A stretch of 32,000 nt of DNA from Halorhodospira halophila SL1 (GTDB lineage Bacteria > Pseudomonadota > Gammaproteobacteria > Nitrococcales > Halorhodospiraceae), in NCBI RefSeq assembly GCF_000015585.1, contig NC_008789.1, forward strand, positions 1,410,001 to 1,442,000. The letters run 5' to 3'. Of this stretch, positions 24,842 through 32,000 are shown one piece after another. Under the pieces are notes generated by a model. It was not told the DNA's origin and searched no databases. It saw only the letters and a list, made by a program, of their open reading frames with translations. The translations under genes were made by a program, and so were the position numbers. The stretch's first letter is position 1. Every line of letters starts with the position of its first letter.

Positions 24842-25297
24842 ATGCGCAGACTGATGACCACGACCCTGGCCCTCGCCACCGGATGCCTGCTCGCCGGAAC
24901 GACCATGGCCCAGTCCGACGAGGAACAGATCGAATACCGCCAGGCCGTATTGACCGTGATCGGCGGCAACTTCGGCCCCATGGGGGATATGGCCCAGGGC
25001 GAAATCGATTATGATGCAGAGCGATTCGCCCGCAACGCGCAGCGTGTAGCGGATCTAAGCCGCATGGGCCTGGAGGGGTTCGAGGGTGGGCCGCATAGCG
25101 GCGACACCGACGCCAAGACGGCCATCTGGGACGAGTGGGAAGAGTTCGAGCAGGGTATGGCCGACTTCGAGGCCGCAGCCCGGGAGCTGGCCGAGGCGAC
25201 CGAGGGCGGCGAGCAGGATCTGAGCGATATCCAGGGCCCATTTATGCAGGTCGCAGAGTCCTGCCAAGCCTGCCACGACAACTATCGAGACAACTGA
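24842..25297 (+). CDS. cycP: Cytochrome c' (class II c-type cytochrome)
   Basis: Signal peptide, a four-helix-bundle-like sequence (EYRQAVLTVIGGNFGPM...), and a single C-terminal heme motif CQACH followed by DNYRDN*. GGAGGAAG lies upstream of the ATG. Confidence 0.9.
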   Translation: MRRLMTTTLALATGCLLAGTTMAQSDEEQIEYRQAVLTVIGGNFGPMGDMAQGEIDYDAERFARNAQRVADLSRMGLEGFEGGPHSGDTDAKTAIWDEWEEFEQGMADFEAAARELAEATEGGEQDLSDIQGPFMQVAESCQACHDNYRDN

Positions 25298-25315
25298 TCG
25301 TCTAACGATCCACAG

Positions 25316-25337
25316 GGGGCGCCCCGAGGGGCGCCCC
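25316..25337. terminator. GGGGCGCCCC GA GGGGCGCCCC hairpin or tandem palindrome (second copy)
   Basis: It lies 18 nt after the cycP stop. The same element occurs at 6848-6869. Confidence 0.4.
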
Positions 25338-25371
25338 GTCCGCCTTTCGCGAGCATGGAAGCCCGCCTGCC

Positions 25372-25638
25372 ATGGCCCTGTTCCCCGCACGATACCGCCC
25401 ACGCATCGGCGTCGGCGCACTACTCCTGATCGGCATTGGCTTCCTGCTCGCCGCCCTCGTCGCCATCCTCACCATCGGCGGCGCGATCCTGCTGGACAGG
25501 CAGCAAGCCCACGATCAGCGCGTCAACGCTGTGCTGGCCCAGGGGGCGCGCGCCGATTGCGCGCTTTACGCCGCCAAGCACCAGGGTCGCAACCGCGTCT
25601 CCATCGTGCCGCCGGGATCGGGGCCGAATGCCGCGTAG
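25372..25638 (+). pseudogene. Internally deleted remnant of the GGDEF gene (first ~57 codons joined to the last ~20)
   Basis: 25372-25535 is identical to the reverse complement of 6640-6803. 25557-25620 matches the 3' end at 5127-5187. The junction falls on CGCGCCGA, which is present at both breakpoints in the intact copy. Confidence 0.8.
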
Positions 25639-25676
25639 GGTCTGGGCAGGCAATGACCTGCTCCAAGCACACGGCC

Positions 25677-26165
25677 TCAGTCCCGCAGGTCCAGCGTCAC
25701 GCTGGTGCCCTCTTCGTCCACGGTAAACGCCGCATCGGCGAAATCGGGCGGCCCCATCCGACCCATGGCTCCGCGACTGAAACCTGCTGGCTCGCGCGGG
25801 ATGCCGAGGAAGTTGGTGGTCAGATCCCCGCTGCCGTCCAGATCCTGAAAGGCCGCTACGGCGTACTCACCGGGCACCAGGTCGGAGATCGTCAATGCAA
25901 CCGCGTCGCCTTCGACCGGGCGAGCCTTACGGATCAGCGCGCCATCCGGATCCGGGAAGGCTTCTGGATCGTCGAAGACGGCGACGTAGACACTGCCCTG
26001 ACCTGCCTTGGGCAGCAGGATCTCCAATTGCAAGGTTGCCGCGATCGCAGGACTGATACCCATCAACAGGGCCACACAGCCCGCAACCCGGAGCGCCGGA
26101 CCCTGCCAGGCCGGGGTGATCGCACGCACGATCGATCTCCTGCATTGACCTACACGAACCTGCAC
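25677..26165 (-). CDS. DUF2141 domain protein (secreted)
   Basis: VYVAVFDDPEAFP, AVAAFQDLDGSGDLTTNFLGIPREPAGFS and PPDFADAAF match the DUF2141 pattern. The exact start is uncertain. Confidence 0.8.
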   Translation of the reverse strand: MQVRVGQCRRSIVRAITPAWQGPALRVAGCVALLMGISPAIAATLQLEILLPKAGQGSVYVAVFDDPEAFPDPDGALIRKARPVEGDAVALTISDLVPGEYAVAAFQDLDGSGDLTTNFLGIPREPAGFSRGAMGRMGPPDFADAAFTVDEEGTSVTLDLRD

Positions 26166-26319
26166 TTCGCAAACTCTCCCATTGGGCCCTCCCTGGTAAA
26201 CCCCCTATACCCCTTTGCCCAGGCAGGATTTTGGTTAGACTGACCGTATAGCCGTATCTTAGAGCGTGCCACGCTGGCGGGGGGCGTCGCGAGCGCGCAC
26301 GCGAGAGGGACCATCGATC

Positions 26320-28338
26320 GTGCATTTTGAACTGCTTCGGCGGGGAACGCAGGGATCATCCACACAGGGCCTCCAGCTGCTTCAGGCAACCCTGGATGCT
26401 CTGGATGCCCATATTGTGGTCATCGACCTACAGGCCCGCATCCGCCTGACCAATCGGGCCTGGCGCCGCTTCGCCCAGGACGGGCAAGCAACGCAGGAAC
26501 AGGTGGGCATCGGTGCCGACTACATGGCCGCGCTGCGCAATGCCCGCGAAGCTGGCGACGCCGATGCGGCGGTGGTCCTGGAACGCATCGAGGATCTGCT
26601 CGCCGGTCGCCGGCCTTTTGCCCACCACGAGTACCCCTGCCCCGGGCCGGACCGCGAGCGATGGTTCGTTATGCAGGCCACCCCGCTACGGTTCGACGAA
26701 GACAGCACGCCGGAGGGGGCCGTCATCGCCCATAGCGATATCACCGATCGTTTCCGGGCGGAGCAGACCGCCGGCGAAATGGCGCGGCAATTGCGCGAGC
26801 GCGTCAAGGAGGCAGAGTGCCTAGGCGGCGTCGCCATGCTGACCCACCGTGCCACCAGTATCCCGGATACCCTGACGGCCATCGCCGAGCACCTGCCCAC
26901 TGGCTTTCTGCACGAACACGCCTGCCGCGCCGCCATCACCTACCGGGACAGGCGCTATCCACCCGACGAGCCGACGCCGGAAATGGGGGCGCGCCTTAGC
27001 GCCCCGATCCACATCAGGGGCGAAGGGGTCGGTCAGATCACGGTGGGCTACGATGCGCAGCTTGGGCTGGGCGATGACCCCTTCCTGCCCGAAGAACAGC
27101 GGCTGATCGAACGCAGCGCCCTGCTTCTGGGCCAATACTTGCATCGAGAAGAGATCCGCAAAGAGCTCGAGGGCGCCAACCGGATCAAGACCCAGTTCCT
27201 CAATGCCGTCAGTCACGATCTGCGCACCCCGCTCAATGCCCTGCTCGGCGCGATCGACATGCTCTCGGAGACACCGCTGAGCGAGGAGCAGCGAGCGCAT
27301 TTGTCGTTGGGCGCGCGCGCCGGCGAGAAGCTGGAAGGCCTGATCGATATGCTTCTCGATCTGGCGCGATTGCAGCACGGCCGGCTGAACCTCAAACACG
27401 AACCCTTCGACCTGCTGGATGTCGTCCGCCGCCAGGTCGAGTTGGTCGAATCCGCGCGGGCAAAACCGGCGGTCACGATCGAGATCGCCACCGAGGGCGC
27501 AGAACCCTGGCTGGTCGAGGGCGACGGCGAGCGAGTTGGCCAAGTAATCAGCAATCTGGTGGATAACGCGGTCAAATTTACTGCTTCGGGCAACGTAACG
27601 GTCCGCTTGGCCCGTGTCGGCGAGGAGTGGATCCGGATACGGGTCCTGGACACCGGCCCGGGGATCGGTGAAGCCGAGCGCGAGCGCATCTTCGACTGGT
27701 TCTTTCAGGGCGAACGGGTCACCGAGGAGCACGGCGGGATCGGCCTCGGCCTGCGCATTTGCCTGGAGCTCCTTCGCGCCATGGGGGGCTCCATCGACGT
27801 CGCGAATCGCCGCGACGGACCCGGCGCCCAATTCACCCTGCTGCTACCGTTGCCAGCTTCGGCAGCCAACTTGTCGACCCCAGCTACGCGAAGCCAGCAA
27901 GGCAGCATGGCTGCACAGCAGACGGAAAAACCGCTTAATGGCGTCCGCGTGGTGGTCGCCGACGATGAACCGATCAATGCCCGCCTCACCCAGGCGTTGC
28001 TCGAGCAGATGGGTGCGCATGTCTTCCTCGTGGATGACGGCCCGGGGGCGCTGGCAGCCTGGCGGGATCGGGGCCCGGACCACCTGCTCCTCGACGTCCA
28101 GATGCCTGGTCTGGAAGGTCCAGAGGTCGTGCGGCGCATCCGCTGTGAAGAGGCCGAAACCGGCCGGCGGCGGACGCCGATCACCATGCTGACGGCCCAA
28201 GACGCACCCCCCGTGCGTACGGCCTGCGAGCAGGCCGGCGCCGACGGCTATCTGCTCAAGCCGGTCCGCGCTGCGGATCTGCGCAGTCACGTGGCCCGTA
28301 GCGATCCTCCGGGCGCTCAGGGAGTTACCCCGACTTGA
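26320..28338 (+). CDS. PAS-containing hybrid sensor histidine kinase / response regulator
   Basis: The PAS-like N-terminus is followed by a GAF-like middle region. H-box: FLNAVSHDLRTPLN. HATPase: DNAVKFT, DTGPGI, GGIGLGL. REC: VVVADDEPIN...LLLDVQMPGLEG...LLKP. GTG 26320 has GAGAGGGA upstream. Confidence 0.85.
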   Translation: MHFELLRRGTQGSSTQGLQLLQATLDALDAHIVVIDLQARIRLTNRAWRRFAQDGQATQEQVGIGADYMAALRNAREAGDADAAVVLERIEDLLAGRRPFAHHEYPCPGPDRERWFVMQATPLRFDEDSTPEGAVIAHSDITDRFRAEQTAGEMARQLRERVKEAECLGGVAMLTHRATSIPDTLTAIAEHLPTGFLHEHACRAAITYRDRRYPPDEPTPEMGARLSAPIHIRGEGVGQITVGYDAQLGLGDDPFLPEEQRLIERSALLLGQYLHREEIRKELEGANRIKTQFLNAVSHDLRTPLNALLGAIDMLSETPLSEEQRAHLSLGARAGEKLEGLIDMLLDLARLQHGRLNLKHEPFDLLDVVRRQVELVESARAKPAVTIEIATEGAEPWLVEGDGERVGQVISNLVDNAVKFTASGNVTVRLARVGEEWIRIRVLDTGPGIGEAERERIFDWFFQGERVTEEHGGIGLGLRICLELLRAMGGSIDVANRRDGPGAQFTLLLPLPASAANLSTPATRSQQGSMAAQQTEKPLNGVRVVVADDEPINARLTQALLEQMGAHVFLVDDGPGALAAWRDRGPDHLLLDVQMPGLEGPEVVRRIRCEEAETGRRRTPITMLTAQDAPPVRTACEQAGADGYLLKPVRAADLRSHVARSDPPGAQGVTPT

Positions 28339-29267
28339 TACGGCGCCAGTAACCGCTCCAGGTATTCGAGCAGCGCTTCTCGCTCCGTGGCGGTCTCCCG
28401 GGTTCCGGGGACCAGGTAGGGGGACACCCGGCGGCGATCGAAGTAGAAGCCGCCCGACTCGAGCGCGCTAGAGGCATCCGCGGCGCCCTCCCCGGAACTG
28501 GCGCGCGTGACCAGCCAGACCAGTGTGTCCGCCCCCTGCTCCGGGGTCCGCAGCCGGCCCTGCGTCCAGCGCCAGAACCCCGGGATGGCCTCGCGCACGC
28601 CGGCCGTATCAACCCACCCCGGGTGCATGGCAAAGCACCCGACGTTGCGAAACAGGGGCATGCGCGCCATCTGCGCGTTGACGATGGTCTGCGCGCGCTT
28701 GACGTTGGCGTAGGTCGCCACCTTGTCGTAGCGGTCGTTCTCGAACAGGTGGCGCAGATGCAGGCGCTGAAGGTACATCCCGCCGGAACTCATCCAAACC
28801 ACCCGGGCCCCTTCGCGCAGCTTGCCGGCCCGCGCCAGATTGTGGACGAGCAGGTAGTGGCCGAAGAGCTGAGAGGCCATCTGTAGCTCGACGCCGTCGG
28901 CGTTCAACGTGAACCGCTCCGGCATCGCCCCGGCGTTGAGAGCGATGAAGTCCAGGGGCGGCAGTGTCTCCACCGTGCGCGCCACAGCCGCCCAGTCCCC
29001 GGTATCCAGCGTACGGTAATCCGTATCCTCGGCCTGTTCCGAGCGACCGCAGCTCAGCACACGGTGGCCCATCCCGCGCAGGCGATGCACGGCAGCCGCA
29101 CCGATGCCCCGGCTGCCGCCGGTGACCAGGCCGGTCAGTGCCTCGTCGGGCCCGCTTCGCAAACGATCCCGGAAGCCGGGCCAGGTTCGGGCGTGCCGCT
29201 CGGAGCCACTGCGGTCAAAGGAGAAATAGATGGATGCGTCGAGCAGCCACTCGTGGGGTTTTCTCAT
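28317..29267 (-). CDS. SDR family oxidoreductase (DHRS12/retinol-dehydrogenase-like)
   Basis: VTGGSRGIGAA, NAG, and YANVKRA (YxxxK). Its 3' end overlaps the kinase gene by 22 nt (convergent). Confidence 0.8.
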   Translation of the reverse strand: MRKPHEWLLDASIYFSFDRSGSERHARTWPGFRDRLRSGPDEALTGLVTGGSRGIGAAAVHRLRGMGHRVLSCGRSEQAEDTDYRTLDTGDWAAVARTVETLPPLDFIALNAGAMPERFTLNADGVELQMASQLFGHYLLVHNLARAGKLREGARVVWMSSGGMYLQRLHLRHLFENDRYDKVATYANVKRAQTIVNAQMARMPLFRNVGCFAMHPGWVDTAGVREAIPGFWRWTQGRLRTPEQGADTLVWLVTRASSGEGAADASSALESGGFYFDRRRVSPYLVPGTRETATEREALLEYLERLLAPYQVGVTP

Positions 29268-29357
29268 GGGCAGGCCGTTCCGTGGGGCTGATATCGTGGC
29301 TTATACTTTGCAGCTTAATCGCGCCGCGCTCGACATCAAAGGGAGGAGACTCGAGCG

Positions 29358-29678
29358 ATGCCCTTCAGCAAACCATCCCATATCGCCATCCCGATCGCCC
29401 TTTGGGGATTCTTCCTCGCCGCCCCCGTCCAGGCAGACGACGATTCGCTCACCCGAGGTGAACTCATCGGCCAGAGCTGCTTTGCCTGCCACGGGCCGCA
29501 AGGCCAGGGGGCCGACACCATGCCGCCCATCGCCGGCTGGGACGAGGACCTGATGGTCGAGCACCTGAAAGACTTCCAAGAGGGCAAGCGCAACCCCACC
29601 GTGATGGACCGTCACGCCACCGGGTACAGCGAAGGAGAGCTCCGCGAGCTTGCCGCTTACCTGAGCGAACTCGACTGA
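29358..29678 (+). CDS. fccA: Monoheme c-type cytochrome, flavocytochrome c small subunit
   Basis: Signal peptide and a single CFACH motif. It lies 13 nt upstream of fccB. Confidence 0.8.
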   Translation: MPFSKPSHIAIPIALWGFFLAAPVQADDDSLTRGELIGQSCFACHGPQGQGADTMPPIAGWDEDLMVEHLKDFQEGKRNPTVMDRHATGYSEGELRELAAYLSELD

Positions 29679-29691
29679 GGGCCCTTCGACC

Positions 29692-30996
29692 ATGCGCAGA
29701 CGACTCTCCCGACGCGAATTCCTGCGCCTGGGCGCCACCGGCGGAACGCTGGCTGCCCTCGGGCTGGCCGGCTTCCCGGGCCCGAGTCTGGCCCGCACCC
29801 AGCTGGATGCGCGCATCGCCGTGGTTGGTGGCGGCTCCGCGGGCGCCACCGTGGCCCGGTACCTCAAGCAGAACGCCCCTAACCTGCGGGTCACCCTGAT
29901 CGAGCCCAACGAGACCTACTACACCTGCTACGCAGGCAACTGGTACCTCGGCGGATTTCGGGACCTGGAGACCCTAGGCCACGGCTACGACAACCTGCGC
30001 GAACGCCATGGAGTGGAAGTCATCCACGATCGCGCCGAGGAGTTGGACCTGGCCGGGAAGCGGGTCCTCCCTCGCAACCACGATCCCATTCGCTACGATC
30101 GTCTGGTGGTGGCCCCCGGGATCGACTTCGACTGGGAACGAATCGAGGGCATCGACCAGGACGATACCGAACAGATCCCGCACGCCTGGGAGGGCGGGCG
30201 ACCCTTCCGGATCCTGCGGGAACAGATCAAGGCCATGGACGACGGCGGCACCGTCATTGTCTGCCCGCCAGAGGACCCCTTCCGCTGCCCGCCGGGGCCC
30301 TACGAGCGCATGGCACTGATCGCCCATTACCTCAAGTCCCACAAGCCGCGCGCCAAGGTCCTGGGGCTCGACCCGAAAGACAGCTTCTCGAAGCAGAGTC
30401 TGTTCAAGCAGGGCTGGGAGGAGCTCTACGGCGATATGATCGAGTGGGTCCCCGGCTCCGAGGGCGGCGCCCCGGAGCGGCTTTCGGTGTCGGATCGCAA
30501 GGTCTTCACCGACGGGGGTGCCCAGGCACACCGGGGTGACGTCATCAACTTCATCCCGCCGCAGAGAGCCGGCGCGATCGCCTGGAAGGCCGATCTGGTG
30601 GATGACAGTGGCTGGTGCCCGGTGGATCAGGAGACCTTCAGGTCCCAAAAGCACGACGACGTCTACGTGATCGGCGACGCGGCCATCGCCGGGGCCATGC
30701 CCAAGTCGGCCCACAGCGCCAACAATCAGGGCAAACTGGTCGCCGCCACCATCGTCGGCGAACTCACCGGCGAACCAACTCCCGATTTCCCCACGGTCAA
30801 CACCTGCTACAGCCTGGTCTCGCCGGAGTGGGCCTTCACCATCGCGGCGGTGTTCGAACACCGGGACGGCGAGATCCGGGAGGTTGAGGGTTCCGGTGGG
30901 CTCAGCCCGGAAGACGAGGACCAGGACTTCCGACAGATCGAGGCCATCTACGCCCCTGGGTGGTACGAGTCGATCACCAAGGACATGTTCGGATAG
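29692..30996 (+). CDS. fccB: Flavocytochrome c sulfide dehydrogenase, flavoprotein subunit
   Basis: Tat signal RRRLSRREFLR. FAD fold: VVGGGSAGAT. Long blocks are shared with Allochromatium FccB: TLIEPN..YYTCY, FRCPPGPYER, INFIPPQRAG, GWCPVD, MPKSAHSANNQGK, NTCYS. Confidence 0.9.
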   Translation: MRRRLSRREFLRLGATGGTLAALGLAGFPGPSLARTQLDARIAVVGGGSAGATVARYLKQNAPNLRVTLIEPNETYYTCYAGNWYLGGFRDLETLGHGYDNLRERHGVEVIHDRAEELDLAGKRVLPRNHDPIRYDRLVVAPGIDFDWERIEGIDQDDTEQIPHAWEGGRPFRILREQIKAMDDGGTVIVCPPEDPFRCPPGPYERMALIAHYLKSHKPRAKVLGLDPKDSFSKQSLFKQGWEELYGDMIEWVPGSEGGAPERLSVSDRKVFTDGGAQAHRGDVINFIPPQRAGAIAWKADLVDDSGWCPVDQETFRSQKHDDVYVIGDAAIAGAMPKSAHSANNQGKLVAATIVGELTGEPTPDFPTVNTCYSLVSPEWAFTIAAVFEHRDGEIREVEGSGGLSPEDEDQDFRQIEAIYAPGWYESITKDMFG

Positions 30997-31059
30997 CGGA
31001 TTGGTGCCCGGCCACGCTAGAGTGGCCCGCAACCACACGCGGAAAGGACTCATTCAGCG

Positions 31060-32000
31060 ATGTTGCGCCTGCTCAAGTGGCTCCTGCTGATCCTCCTCGC
31101 CCTGATCGTGACCCTGGGCGTCGCCATCGCCGTGGTGGCTACGGTGATCGACCCCAACGACTACCGCGACGACCTGGCCGAACTCGCCGAGCGCGAGTTG
31201 GGCCGGGAGCTCGAGATCGAGGGCGAGATCGAGTGGTCGTTCTTCCCCTGGCTGGGTATCGAGATCGGACGCGTCACCCTGGCCGACGCCGAGGGCTACT
31301 ACGACGAGCCGTTTGTCGAAATCGACCGGCTGTCGGCGGCGGTACAGGTCTGGCCCCTACTGCGCGGCGAGCTGCATACCCGCGCCGTCGAGCTCGAGCG
31401 CCCGATCGTACGCCTGATGCGCGACGAGGATGGCCGGGACAACTGGGCGGACCTGGCCGAACGGTTCGCCGCCGCTGAGGACGAGCACGAAGACGACACC
31501 GCGGCGCAGGAATCCGCGGACTCCGAAAGCCCGGCGCAGGACAGCCCTGCCGATCTCGAGGCCCTCGGCGGGATCGTGATTGGCGGACTGCGGCTGCATG
31601 AAGGAGCCGTCTACTGGGAGGACCGCAGCGAAGACCGGCAGATCCAGCTGGACCCGCTGAACCTGGAGGTGGACACTCTGCGCCTGGACGAGCCGGTGGG
31701 CGTGCGCGCCGACGTGCTCGTCGGCGACGAAGAGCGCGTGGCTTTCTCCGGCGAGGCCCGCCTGAGTCAGACCGACGCCGGCCCGGAGATAGCAGCCAGC
31801 TGGACTCTGGATCCCCTCGACCCCAAGGGCCTGCTCCAGGCCCTCGGTGAGGAGCCGCCCGAGACCACGGACCCCGAGGTCATGCGCAGCCTCAGCGGCT
31901 CCGGAACCATCGATGCCACGGCGGAGCGCATCGACGTCACGCGCCTCATCCTCGACCTCGACGACAGCCGCGTCGAGGCTCAGGCGGCCATCGAGCCTGA
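31060..32000 (+). CDS. AsmA family protein (3' end outside window)
   Basis: The frame is open from ATG 31060 to the window end. N-terminal TM anchor: LKWLLLILLALIVTLGVAIAV. Then ...IDPNDYRDDLAELAERELGRELEIEGEIEWSFFPWLGIE, typical of AsmA N-termini. Confidence 0.8.
   Translation, partial: MLRLLKWLLLILLALIVTLGVAIAVVATVIDPNDYRDDLAELAERELGRELEIEGEIEWSFFPWLGIEIGRVTLADAEGYYDEPFVEIDRLSAAVQVWPLLRGELHTRAVELERPIVRLMRDEDGRDNWADLAERFAAAEDEHEDDTAAQESADSESPAQDSPADLEALGGIVIGGLRLHEGAVYWEDRSEDRQIQLDPLNLEVDTLRLDEPVGVRADVLVGDEERVAFSGEARLSQTDAGPEIAASWTLDPLDPKGLLQALGEEPPETTDPEVMRSLSGSGTIDATAERIDVTRLILDLDDSRVEAQAAIEP

Noticed and set aside
26821-27831. Long antisense ORFs (also 29974-31053, 16681-17562, 12470-13279, 13355-14203, 14738-15373, 2708-3328, 8312-8989, 5338-5955)
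   Set aside because: Each lies opposite a gene with clear family motifs, lacks motifs of its own, and has the Arg/Pro/Gly-rich composition expected from reverse frames of high-GC3 genes.
1-32000. tRNA, rRNA, tmRNA or CRISPR arrays
   Set aside because: I saw no T-arm-like GGTTCGAATCC-type sequence in a cloverleaf context, no rRNA-like stretch, and no regularly spaced short direct repeats. This is visual inspection only, so tRNAscan, Infernal and a CRISPR finder should confirm it.

Overview
GC-rich proteobacterial chromosome segment. FccAB, cytochrome c'/b561 and many very acidic proteins suggest a sulfur-oxidising, halophile-like gammaproteobacterium, but that is inference only. From about 15.4 to 32 kb the content is ordinary core or respiratory: an M-box riboswitch with a short MgtE-type channel, a TorF-like porin, a Na/Pi-PhoU transporter operon, a PagL-like protein, a hydrolase, two SDRs, cytochrome b561 with cytochrome c', DUF2141, a PAS hybrid histidine kinase, flavocytochrome c sulfide dehydrogenase FccAB, and the start of an AsmA-family gene. 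From 1 to about 15.4 kb the window is a heavily decayed accessory region. It holds a DUF2075-S24 peptidase fusion, DUF2237, SPFH and umuC fragments, and an IS3-family transposase whose matched 28-bp terminal repeats lie 4.8 kb apart and enclose cargo (a GGDEF cyclase, a cytochrome c' tail, an SRAP gene, a second IS fragment). It also holds a multiply disrupted ~450-codon gene, a lipoprotein/OMP pair and an internally deleted transposase remnant. The most unusual part is a duplicated module. It encodes a DUF4236-TM-ComEA(HhH) protein next to DUF3006 and a secreted ComEC-like MBL hydrolase that also ends in a ComEA HhH domain. A conserved 34-nt triple DnaA-box-like motif occurs three times at the borders of this module. 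Two of the copies bracket a three-gene cassette as inverted repeats. No tRNA, rRNA or CRISPR array was seen. All family assignments come from reading motifs by eye, since no searches were possible.
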